From positions 1-64,000 of the IMG/VR virus record IMGVR_UViG_3300029448_008324: DNA of 64,000 nucleotides; one strand, 5' to 3'. The position numbers were made by a program, and so were the translations under genes. The notes below the pieces were generated by a model, which saw nothing but the letters and a program-made list of their open reading frames with translations, had not been told where the DNA came from and did no database searches. Below are positions 19,238 through 28,564 of the stretch, piece by piece. Positions within the stretch are counted from its first letter, which is position 1. Each line of letters starts with the position of its first letter. The DNA comes from a virus.

Positions 19238-19264
19238 ACGATCAAAACAGGTTTAAATACACAC

Positions 19265-19501
19265 ATGCAATTGTTTGAATTTTTTGACTCGCTTGATGCA
19301 GACACCAGACACAGCATGGACCAAGACCAAACTGTGTATGACATGAACAATGACACCAGGAAGTCAAGACTCACACTTGAGATGATCAATCAACTGCGTA
19401 ATCAAATGCAACAGAGACGCGAAGAACAAAGACAAGATCGCGAACTGTATCAAAAAATGTATGGTGGATCAGTTGCAGACTCGGCCCAACCCACTCTATA
19501 A
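19265..19501 (+). CDS. Small head-module protein
   Basis: TAAATA 5 nt upstream; DTRKSRLTLEMINQLR...QKMYG. Confidence 0.65.
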   Translation: MQLFEFFDSLDADTRHSMDQDQTVYDMNNDTRKSRLTLEMINQLRNQMQQRREEQRQDRELYQKMYGGSVADSAQPTL

Positions 19502-19516
19502 TATATAACTTCATAC

Positions 19517-20401
19517 ATGGCAGGCAGACGTACACTCATGAGAATTGGAGCTTACAAAGCCTATCTTGCTGGACAAGACAAATTTAATTGTCTCAACAAA
19601 CAAAACATTGACATTAATGCTTATCTTGATGCAGGTATGAAGACAAATGCCAAAGAAAATCTTGCAAAATTAGAAACATCTAAACTAACCCCACAAACAC
19701 AGAATCGCAAAACCAATGTGGTCAAAGCACCACCTATACCCAAAAAAGACACAGACTACAAACCCAAAGGCGAAGTGTGCTTCATAATTGCCAATGGTGA
19801 GTCACGTAGAGGCTTTGATCTACACCAGTTGTCCAGCAAAGGCTATGTGATAGGCATGAATGTGTTGCCAGTGGTTGAAGATTTTTGGCCAGATGCTCTT
19901 GTGTCTGTGGATATTGCCACTGTGAAATGGATCTGTGAAAAAAATGTGCCTGACAAACTTGAAATGTGGTCATACCCTCGAGGCGGTGTAAAAGATCAAC
20001 GTGTGAATAGACTTGCCAAAGATTGGGGATGGTCATCTGGGCCAACAGCCACAAGACTAGCACTGGAATACAAAAAATATCAGACAATTTACATCTTGGG
20101 CATGGATTTTTTCGGCATCACAGAAAAGGGCGTAATTGATGAAAAGGATGGCAGAAAGATTAACAACATGTTCAAGGGCAAAGAGAGATATCGTAAGCCA
20201 GGTTCAGATAGAACCTATTTTGGCAACTGGCTCAATCAAATGATTACAAATACAAGCAGTCATCCTAATGTAAATTTTTATCATGTGATACGTGAAGGAC
20301 AGCGATCTCCCAATAAACTAGCACAAAAAACCAATTGGATCGACATTACATATAATATGTTTCAAGAGCATTTGAGTAAAATGCCTAAAAAGAGCTCTTA
20401 A
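19517..20401 (+). CDS. DUF115/Maf/sialyltransferase-fold-like protein
   Basis: CFIIANGESR, IGMN, PDALVSVD, WSSG.TA and IYILGMDF motifs. Confidence 0.55.
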   Translation: MAGRRTLMRIGAYKAYLAGQDKFNCLNKQNIDINAYLDAGMKTNAKENLAKLETSKLTPQTQNRKTNVVKAPPIPKKDTDYKPKGEVCFIIANGESRRGFDLHQLSSKGYVIGMNVLPVVEDFWPDALVSVDIATVKWICEKNVPDKLEMWSYPRGGVKDQRVNRLAKDWGWSSGPTATRLALEYKKYQTIYILGMDFFGITEKGVIDEKDGRKINNMFKGKERYRKPGSDRTYFGNWLNQMITNTSSHPNVNFYHVIREGQRSPNKLAQKTNWIDITYNMFQEHLSKMPKKSS

Positions 20402-20455
20402 AAGGGCTGTGTTTCCCAATTTTGTTAAATATCTGCCTTAAAGGAGGCAATTATC

Positions 20456-21355
20456 ATGTCTAAATTTGAAAAACTCCTTGACTTGCTGGTTAACGAGCAG
20501 AAGGACGAAGCTGAAAAGCTGTTCCACGAAATTGTTGTGGAAAAATCACGTTCTATCTACGAAGGTATCCTAGCAGACGAGGAAGCAGAAACAACTGAAG
20601 AATCAGCTGACAAAGATGACGCTGATGAAGTTGATGAAGCAATGCACAAAGATAAAATGAAGTCCAAAAAGGACAAAGAAAAAATGAAAGAAGAATCTGA
20701 TGAAGATGCAGAAGAAGAAGTTGAAGAAACTGAAGAGCCTGCAGAATCTACAGACGAAACAATTGAAGAAATCGGTGGCGACGCAACTGATGATCTAATT
20801 TCAGACATCGAAGCAGAAGCACAAGGCATGGACATGGACATGGACGATGAAGAAGGCATGGATCATGACGGTGATTTTGATGATGATGGCGATCAAGATG
20901 GCGAGACAGAAGAAATGTTTGAACCATTAGAAAAAGAACTTGACCAATTAAAGGCTGAGTTTGCAAAGATGATGGACTCAGATGATGACAAGCCAGAAGA
21001 ATCATTAGAAGTTGAAGAGTCAAAAGACGCTGATTCAATTGTCAAAGAATATGCAGAAATGGTCAAAACAGGCCACGGTGCAGAAAAAATGGGCAAAGAA
21101 GCAGGTGCAGATCAAAAGAAATCACCTGTAGCCGGCAAAAACAAGCCAATGAACGATGCTAGAGCACACTCAATGGGTGGCGGCGCAGAAGAAAAAGGCG
21201 GCGTAGGCAAAGCATTAGCAGGCGATACTGCAAAGCCTATGGGCAAGACATATAAAAACGCAGGTGGTTCAAAATCACAAAAGTTAGATATGGCTCCTAA
21301 GGCAATGGAAAAAGAAGGTTCAGTAGACGGTAAGTCTCCTGTGGCTTCTAAATAA
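20456..21355 (+). CDS. Acidic prohead core protein
   Basis: Very Asp/Glu-rich; directly upstream of protease, scaffold and MCP; TAAATA at 20426 and SD AAGGAGG. Confidence 0.65.
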   Translation: MSKFEKLLDLLVNEQKDEAEKLFHEIVVEKSRSIYEGILADEEAETTEESADKDDADEVDEAMHKDKMKSKKDKEKMKEESDEDAEEEVEETEEPAESTDETIEEIGGDATDDLISDIEAEAQGMDMDMDDEEGMDHDGDFDDDGDQDGETEEMFEPLEKELDQLKAEFAKMMDSDDDKPEESLEVEESKDADSIVKEYAEMVKTGHGAEKMGKEAGADQKKSPVAGKNKPMNDARAHSMGGGAEEKGGVGKALAGDTAKPMGKTYKNAGGSKSQKLDMAPKAMEKEGSVDGKSPVASK

Positions 21356-21366
21356 GGAAATAGGAT

Positions 21367-21993
21367 ATGCAAGTACTATCAGAACACTTAACATTTGATC
21401 AAGCAAAGGTTGTTGTTGAGTCTTCCAACGAAGGTAAGGATCTGTACATGAAAGGTATTTGTATTCAAGGTAATGTAAAGAACGCAAACCAGAGAGTGTA
21501 TCCTACTTTCGAAATCAACAAAGCAGTGCAAAAAATATCCGACACTATCTCCGGGGGCCAATCAGTTCTCGGAGAAGTTGATCATCCAGAAGATCTCAAA
21601 ATTAATTTGGATAGAGTATCACACATGTTAACAAACATGTATATGGAAGGCAACAACGGATATGGAAAATTAAAAATTTTACCTACTCCAATGGGTAAAC
21701 TTGTAGAAACAATGCTACAATCAGGCGTAAAACTAGGCGTATCATCAAGGGGATCAGGCAACGTAGACGAAGGAACAGGTAATGTGTCAGATTTTGACAT
21801 TATTACCGTAGATGTAGTGGCTCAACCATCAGCTCCAAATGCTTATCCAACTCCAATTTATGAAAGTCTTCTTAACATGAAGCATGGACATAAAGTTTTG
21901 GAAGTGGCAAAAGCAGTAAAAGAAGATGCAAGAGCACAACGACATCTAAAAGATGGAGTGATCCGATTAATTCAGGATCTGAAAATAGGCTAA
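21367..21993 (+). CDS. gp21: Prohead protease (gp21)
   Basis: NANQRVYP, LGEVDHP, GVSSRGSG and DVVAQPSAP motifs. Confidence 0.93.
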   Translation: MQVLSEHLTFDQAKVVVESSNEGKDLYMKGICIQGNVKNANQRVYPTFEINKAVQKISDTISGGQSVLGEVDHPEDLKINLDRVSHMLTNMYMEGNNGYGKLKILPTPMGKLVETMLQSGVKLGVSSRGSGNVDEGTGNVSDFDIITVDVVAQPSAPNAYPTPIYESLLNMKHGHKVLEVAKAVKEDARAQRHLKDGVIRLIQDLKIG

Positions 21994-22005
21994 AGGAGAC
22001 TAAAC

Positions 22006-23073
22006 ATGCTAGACATTATCAAACAACTCCTTGACAAAGACCTGGTAACAGAAGATACCCGTGCGGAAATACAAGAAGCATGGGATTCTAAAATATCAGA
22101 AGTCAAAGAAGAAGCAAAGACAGAAGTTAGGGAAGAGTTTGCCAAGCGTTATGAACATGATAAGTCTGTAATGGTAGAAGCAATGGACCGATTAGTTAAT
22201 GAATCTCTCAAAAAAGAGGTTTCTGAATTCGTAGAAGACAGAAAACAACTAGCGGCTCAAAGAGTGATGTACAAAAAGGGCGTTAAACCACACATGGAAA
22301 TGCTACAGAAGTTCATCACAAAGCAACTTGCCAACGAGATGGCCGAGTTACAAGCAGACAGAAAGCAGATGGCAGAACAAGTGGCAACACTTGAGTCATT
22401 TGTGACTTCATCTCTTGCAAAAGAACTCAATGAGTTCGAATCTGACAAGAGATCTGTAGTAGAAACTCGTGTGAAACTTGTGAAGGAAGCAAAAGAAAAA
22501 TTTGCTGAGATCAGAAGTGCATTCATCAAGAAGGCAAGCAAAATTGTTGAATCAGTGGTTAGTGAGAATATCACAAAAGAGATGACTCAATTCAAAGAGG
22601 ACATCAAAACTGCAAGAGAAAACAATTTTGGCAGAAAGATATTTGAAGCATATTCTTCAGAGTATCTAACTTCATACCTTAACGAGACTTCAGAAGTTCG
22701 CAAGATGCAGAAGCAACTCGCAGAAGCCCAAACACAAATCGATGAAAAATCAAAACTTTATGAGTCAACAAAGATCGAAAAAAATAAGATCGAGTCAAGA
22801 CATCGTAGAGATAAGATTTTAAACGAAATGTTACAGCCTCTGTCAGGCGACAAAAAAGAAGTTATGTCAAATCTGTTAGAAACAGTGCAGACTGACAATT
22901 TAAAAACAGCTTTCAACAAGTATCTTCCACACGTAATGAAAGATGCTAGAAAGTCAACGATTATATCTGAATCAAAAACAGAAAAAACAGGCGACAAACC
23001 AAAGGCACACACACAGGCAAAACAAACAGACGAAGATGTAATAAACATCCGCAAATTAGCAGGTATTAATTAA
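22006..23073 (+). CDS. gp22: Prohead scaffold protein (gp22-like)
   Basis: Coiled-coil protein between protease and MCP. Confidence 0.8.
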   Translation: MLDIIKQLLDKDLVTEDTRAEIQEAWDSKISEVKEEAKTEVREEFAKRYEHDKSVMVEAMDRLVNESLKKEVSEFVEDRKQLAAQRVMYKKGVKPHMEMLQKFITKQLANEMAELQADRKQMAEQVATLESFVTSSLAKELNEFESDKRSVVETRVKLVKEAKEKFAEIRSAFIKKASKIVESVVSENITKEMTQFKEDIKTARENNFGRKIFEAYSSEYLTSYLNETSEVRKMQKQLAEAQTQIDEKSKLYESTKIEKNKIESRHRRDKILNEMLQPLSGDKKEVMSNLLETVQTDNLKTAFNKYLPHVMKDARKSTIISESKTEKTGDKPKAHTQAKQTDEDVINIRKLAGIN

Positions 23074-23090
23074 GAGAGGAAAATACAAAA

Positions 23091-24266
23091 ATGACATCCC
23101 AATTGCTAGAAAGTAAATGGCAAGAAACTAAAGGCGCTTTAATGGAAGGCGTTGAAGGTACTAAAGCCAAATCACTGGATGTGGTCCTTGAGAACACACG
23201 CAAATACCTGTCAGAGCAAGCAACATCAGGCGCAACATCAGCCGGTAATGTAGCAACTCTGAACAGAGTTATTTTGCCTGTAATCAGAAGGGTCATGCCA
23301 ACTGTGATCGCCAACGAATTAGTTGGTGTTCAACCTATGACAGGTCCAGTTGGACAAATCCATACACTAAGAGTTAGATATGCTGACGCAACAACAGGCG
23401 GTGCAACAAACATCGCAGCTGGTGACGAAGCTCTATCTCCATTTAAAATCGCATCATCTTATTCAGGTAACGACAGTGATCCTGCAAAAGGTAGTGCAAC
23501 AGCAACACTTGAAGGAGCTGCAGGTAAGAAATTAAACGTGCAGATCTTAAAGCAGGTGGTTGAAGCCAAATCAAGAAAGCTATCAGCAAGATGGACTTTT
23601 GAAGCGGCTCAAGATGCACAAGCACAGCAAGGCATCGACATCGAAGCAGAAATCATGGCCGCATTGGCACAAGAGATTACTGCTGAGATCGATCAAGAGA
23701 TCTTAACATCATTAAGAAGCCTAGCTGGTTCAGCTGCAGCTGCATTTGATCAGTCTGCTGTTTCAGGAACAGCAACATTCGTAGGTGACGAGCACGCCGC
23801 ATTAGCAGTGCTTATCAACCAGCAAGCAAACTTGATCGCACAGCGAACAAGAAGAGGTGCAGGTAACTACGCAGTTGTATCATCAGAAGCATTAACAATA
23901 CTTCAATCAGCAACAACTTCAGCGTTCGCAAGATCAACTGAGGGTGTATTTGAAGCACCAACAAACACAAAGTTTGTAGGTACTTTAAACAACTCAATGA
24001 GAGTATATGTTGATGGTTATGCATCAACAGGAACAGACGTGCTTGTAGGTTACAAAGGTTCATCAGAAGCAGATGCACCAGCATTCTACTGCCCATACAT
24101 TCCGTTAATGTCATCAGGTGTGGTCCTTGATCCGTCTACATTCGAGCCAGTAGTAAGCTTTTTAACAAGATATGGTTATGTTGAGTTATCAAACACAGCA
24201 TCATCACTTGGTAATGCAGCTGACTATCTTGCTAGAATTAGCATTTCAAACGTATCATTCAAGTAA
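23091..24266 (+). CDS. gp23: Major capsid protein (gp23)
   Basis: VGVQPMTGPVG, SRKLSARWTFEAAQD, FYCPYIPL and TRYG motifs. Confidence 0.96.
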   Translation: MTSQLLESKWQETKGALMEGVEGTKAKSLDVVLENTRKYLSEQATSGATSAGNVATLNRVILPVIRRVMPTVIANELVGVQPMTGPVGQIHTLRVRYADATTGGATNIAAGDEALSPFKIASSYSGNDSDPAKGSATATLEGAAGKKLNVQILKQVVEAKSRKLSARWTFEAAQDAQAQQGIDIEAEIMAALAQEITAEIDQEILTSLRSLAGSAAAAFDQSAVSGTATFVGDEHAALAVLINQQANLIAQRTRRGAGNYAVVSSEALTILQSATTSAFARSTEGVFEAPTNTKFVGTLNNSMRVYVDGYASTGTDVLVGYKGSSEADAPAFYCPYIPLMSSGVVLDPSTFEPVVSFLTRYGYVELSNTASSLGNAADYLARISISNVSFK

Positions 24267-24276
24267 TATACAAATC

Positions 24277-24307
24277 AAAAGGGGGGATTTTATGTCCCCC
24301 TTTTTTT
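24277..24307 (+). terminator. Rho-independent terminator after MCP
   Basis: AAAAGGGGGGA-loop-TCCCCC followed by a T7 run. Confidence 0.85.
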
Positions 24308-24327
24308 ATGACCGATAAATATCACAC

Positions 24328-24693
24328 ATGGCAAAGATAATTAGAGACTCACAAAAGATCGAAATACAAGATTCGTTTGGAGCAAACACAGCCGGCACGT
24401 TTGGCACATTTAGTTCCTCGGATACCACTCCTTCTGTATTGGGAGGCAATCTGTGGAAAACACACGCATCAGGACAAACACTTACTACATTCGACGACGG
24501 CGTTGTAGGACAAATAATCACAGTAATTTCAACTGCCGCAGTTGTGTTTGATGTAACAAGCACAACACTTAAAGGTGGCTCAACCAATATTACCACAGCA
24601 TCAGGAGATGTAACCAATTGGGTGTATGATGGCACCAACTGGTATCTAATTAACTTTATGGATGTATCAGCTAACTTGAGTGGCGGACACTAA
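24328..24693 (+). CDS. Small beta-rich late protein (possible decoration or fibre domain)
   Basis: Thr/Gly-rich, WVYDGTNWY; TAAATA 6 nt upstream. Confidence 0.55.
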   Translation: MAKIIRDSQKIEIQDSFGANTAGTFGTFSSSDTTPSVLGGNLWKTHASGQTLTTFDDGVVGQIITVISTAAVVFDVTSTTLKGGSTNITTASGDVTNWVYDGTNWYLINFMDVSANLSGGH

Positions 24694-24746
24694 ACTCCAA
24701 ACCTAAAATTTTTAGTCTTACACAACCAAATAAATATCATTACTAA

Positions 24747-27700
24747 ATGACAAAACAAAGAATTTTTGTAGGATCGGGAATCAATACAGGCGACGGCGAT
24801 ACACTTCGCGAAGCCATGATCAAATCAAACAATAACTTTGATGAACTGTATGATTTGATTGGTCAAGACTCCTCAGGCAAGTCTATTGATATTTCAGGCA
24901 ACATCATTTCATCTACTTTTACAAACACAGACATAATCATTGAACCAAACGGCACAGGCGACATTGTGATGAGTGGCGACCTAGTGGCCAACATTATTAA
25001 GTCAGATGACTCCACTGGCATTGTGATTGATGACAATCTCATCCTCACTGGCATAATCAAAGCAGACAGTTCTTCAGTGGTCAGAATCGGAGAAGACGTT
25101 GATGTCGACGGCACTGTGACTGCACAAGCATTTGCAGGTGATGGATCTGGTTTGACTGGCATCACAGCTGAAGGCACTGGTGTAGCTGTTCAAGACAATG
25201 GAGCTTCATCGGGCACAGCTGCAACAATAAATTTTGCTGATGGACTCAGTGTTGACTTCAGTGGCGGCACTGCCACAGTAACATTTGGCGGAGCAGGTGA
25301 TTCGACTGAAACATACACCAACGTGTTGCGATCAAATGATTCTACTGAGGTGCAAGTTGCAGACAATCTTGTGCCACAAACAGACAACGCATTCAGTTTA
25401 GGCACTGCTGATAAAAGATGGTCAGGACTATATGTTGCAGGCTCATCCATTCACATTGGCAATATTATTTTACAAGATAGTGGATCAGGAACTTTACAAA
25501 TTGTTAACGCAGATGATTCAAGTCTAGCTTCATTGCAAAGTCAAAGCAACACATTAAATGTTGTAGGTGATGACTCCACTGATATGGAAATTGCTATTGG
25601 CATTGATAGATTTTATGTGCAGGGTGGCACAAACATCACAACATCCACCAACAGCAGTTTAGAACTTAACATATCAGTTGATGATGCTCCTACGTTCAGT
25701 GGCGTTGTGACAGCCGGTGGGTTAACAATAGGGTCCGCAGTCATCAATGAATCTGACCTAGAGCAAATTGATGATCTCACAGCAGGCACTGTGGCAGCTT
25801 CCAAAGCTGTGGTTGTTGATGCCAACAGAGATATTGCTACACTGCGAAACATTACATCAGACGGCACTGTTCAATTTGGTTCACTAAGCGACGGCACTAT
25901 CACTGCCACTGCATTTGCAGATGAAGATGATATGTCTTCCAATTCAGCCACACTTATTCCTACACAACAATCAGTTAAAGCATATGTTGATACTCAAATT
26001 AGTGCCAACAACACACTTGTTTTAGGCGATGATGCTTCATCAGAAATCAGTATGGTGCTCAGTGATACACTAAATGTCAAAGGCGGTAATTCAATCACAT
26101 CATCAGTGACAGGGGATGGCTTAACATTTGCATTGGACGATAAAATTACAGTTGATGAAATATCAGCAAAAGATTCAAGTGCTGTGTCAATTCAGTCAGC
26201 ATTACAATTAGATTCAACATTATCAGTGGTAGGCGGTGCCAACTTTGAAGGCACACTGACTGTGAACACAATTAACTCTGCAGATTCAACAGCAGTGACG
26301 ATCAATGATGCTTTACAAGTCAACGGAAACTTTGGATTTAATGAAGGAGTTGTAGTATCAACCATAGTTGATGAAGATGACATGTCATCCAACTCAGACA
26401 CAGCACTGGCCACACAACAGTCAATCAAAGCATATGTAGACAGTGAAATTAGTTCAGGCACAACGCTGACAATTGGTGCAGACGATTCGACCAACATGCA
26501 ATTGGCAATCAGTGTGGATTCATTCTTCATACAAGGCGGCACCAATGTAACCACATCAACAGACAGCGGCAGCCAACTTACTATATCTGTAGATGATGCT
26601 CCAACGTTCAGTGGTGTTGTTACAGCAGCTGGATTTACCATTGGATCAGCTGTGATTAACGAAGCAGAACTTGAAGCAATTGATGTCACTGCTGGCACAG
26701 TGTCAGCATCCAAAGCACTGGTGGTTGATGCCAACAGAGACATTGCCACACTTAGAAATTTAACATCAGACGGCACGATTCAGTTTGGTTCATTGTCGGA
26801 TGGCACCATCACTGCCACTGCATTTGTAGATGAAGATAACATGATATCAAATTCAGCCACACTGATTCCAACACAACAATCAGTGAAAGCATATGTTGAT
26901 TCTGTAGTAGGTATACAGACTACAGGCATACAAGTTGCTGATTCATCAAGCACAGTGATCGATGTTTTCGATGGAGATTTATTAAATGTGCTTGGCACAG
27001 GAGGCATAACTGCGTCAGTAGTGGATGGCGGCAATACATTAACAATTGCCATGGATGCTTCTCCATCATTCACAAATGTTCAGATTGATGGCGACTTAAC
27101 TGTGTCTGGTACAACCACGTCAGTCAACACAACCAACTTAGAAATTAGCGATGCACTATTAGAACTTAACAAAAACAATTCAGGCGGTGCTGATAAAGAT
27201 GCAGGACTTGTAATACAAAGAGGATCTGCTGGCAACAATGCAGCCTTGTATTGGAACGAAGGCGATGACAAATTCAAAGCAGTGCTGACCACTTCAGAGG
27301 CCACAGCCACATCAGTCACAGATTCGTCCAAAGCCACTATAATAGCAAATTTTGAAGGCGACACTGCAACCATAACAACTATTTCTACCAACCAAATATC
27401 ATCTGGAGATTCAAGTGCGGTACAAGTTAATGATGGACTTAATGTGTCAGGCACACTTTCAGCAAACATCATTGATGCAAACACAATTTCTTCAAGTGAT
27501 TCCACAGCACTAACAATCAATGACGGAGTAATTGTTGTTGGCAACTTTAGTTTCGATGGCGGTGCATCTGTTAGCACAATCCTTGATGAAGATGCAATGT
27601 CATCCAACTCAGACACTGCACTGGCCACACAACAATCAATCAAAGCATACGTGGACTCAGTAGCAGGCGGCACAATACAACTTGGCGATGATGCATCCAA

Positions 27701-28532
27701 TGCCGGTGCAGTGGACATAAACGCCAACGAAGAATTAATGTTCCATAACGGTGATTCTATTACACCAGTGGTTAGTGCAAATGGCATAACATTCAACTTA
27801 AATGAAGCAATCACAGTTGACCAAATTGACGCAGGCGATTCAAGTGTAATAACAATTAATTCAGCAACAAAATTAAATTCAACATTCTCGTTCAACGGTG
27901 ATGGCACAGTAGCAGTTTCTTCTGTAAAAGATGAAGACGATCTAACATCAAATTCAGCCACTGCTCTTGCTACCCAGCAATCCATAAAAGCTTATGTAGA
28001 CAGTCAAGCAGGAGGCACACTTTCACTTGGCGATGATGCATCAAACTCTGGCAATGTTGATGTCAATGGAGGCCAAGATTTAGAGTTTCAAGCAGGCAAC
28101 TCAATTACACCTACTGTAGCAGGCAACGGAGTAACCTTTGCACTGAATGATGACATCTCGGTTAACCAAATAGGTGCTAAGGATTCTACGAGTATTTCTA
28201 TTACATCACCATTACAAGTGGCATCAAATGTGCAAGTAACTGGTGTAGTGACACAACGTACTGCACCAACTGAAAGAACTCATCTTGTAACCAAAGGTTT
28301 TTTCGACGACAATGCAGGGCTAGGGGGATTTACTAATTCAACAATATCTGATTTTCCTATTACGCAAGATTCATCAGCAACTGATTTCCATGAAGGTTCT
28401 GATGCAGTAGGAAGTGTAGCCGCCATAGATGCATTTGGTGTTGCAATTAGTACCTTATTCGACTGTATGGAACCAGTAGGACGCTTACAGGCAACTGACT
28501 TAGGAGAGAGTGAGACTCATGTCGGAGCTTAA
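24747..28532 (+). CDS. Long repeat-rich tail fibre/virion protein
   Basis: N-terminal G.G.NTGDGDTLR.A..K.N.NF.ELY anchor; five DEDxMxSNSxTxxxTQQSxKAYVD-type repeats. Confidence 0.8.
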   Translation: MTKQRIFVGSGINTGDGDTLREAMIKSNNNFDELYDLIGQDSSGKSIDISGNIISSTFTNTDIIIEPNGTGDIVMSGDLVANIIKSDDSTGIVIDDNLILTGIIKADSSSVVRIGEDVDVDGTVTAQAFAGDGSGLTGITAEGTGVAVQDNGASSGTAATINFADGLSVDFSGGTATVTFGGAGDSTETYTNVLRSNDSTEVQVADNLVPQTDNAFSLGTADKRWSGLYVAGSSIHIGNIILQDSGSGTLQIVNADDSSLASLQSQSNTLNVVGDDSTDMEIAIGIDRFYVQGGTNITTSTNSSLELNISVDDAPTFSGVVTAGGLTIGSAVINESDLEQIDDLTAGTVAASKAVVVDANRDIATLRNITSDGTVQFGSLSDGTITATAFADEDDMSSNSATLIPTQQSVKAYVDTQISANNTLVLGDDASSEISMVLSDTLNVKGGNSITSSVTGDGLTFALDDKITVDEISAKDSSAVSIQSALQLDSTLSVVGGANFEGTLTVNTINSADSTAVTINDALQVNGNFGFNEGVVVSTIVDEDDMSSNSDTALATQQSIKAYVDSEISSGTTLTIGADDSTNMQLAISVDSFFIQGGTNVTTSTDSGSQLTISVDDAPTFSGVVTAAGFTIGSAVINEAELEAIDVTAGTVSASKALVVDANRDIATLRNLTSDGTIQFGSLSDGTITATAFVDEDNMISNSATLIPTQQSVKAYVDSVVGIQTTGIQVADSSSTVIDVFDGDLLNVLGTGGITASVVDGGNTLTIAMDASPSFTNVQIDGDLTVSGTTTSVNTTNLEISDALLELNKNNSGGADKDAGLVIQRGSAGNNAALYWNEGDDKFKAVLTTSEATATSVTDSSKATIIANFEGDTATITTISTNQISSGDSSAVQVNDGLNVSGTLSANIIDANTISSSDSTALTINDGVIVVGNFSFDGGASVSTILDEDAMSSNSDTALATQQSIKAYVDSVAGGTIQLGDDASNAGAVDINANEELMFHNGDSITPVVSANGITFNLNEAITVDQIDAGDSSVITINSATKLNSTFSFNGDGTVAVSSVKDEDDLTSNSATALATQQSIKAYVDSQAGGTLSLGDDASNSGNVDVNGGQDLEFQAGNSITPTVAGNGVTFALNDDISVNQIGAKDSTSISITSPLQVASNVQVTGVVTQRTAPTERTHLVTKGFFDDNAGLGGFTNSTISDFPITQDSSATDFHEGSDAVGSVAAIDAFGVAISTLFDCMEPVGRLQATDLGESETHVGA

Positions 28533-28564
28533 TAAATATAATATAGGAGCGAAATAAATATACG

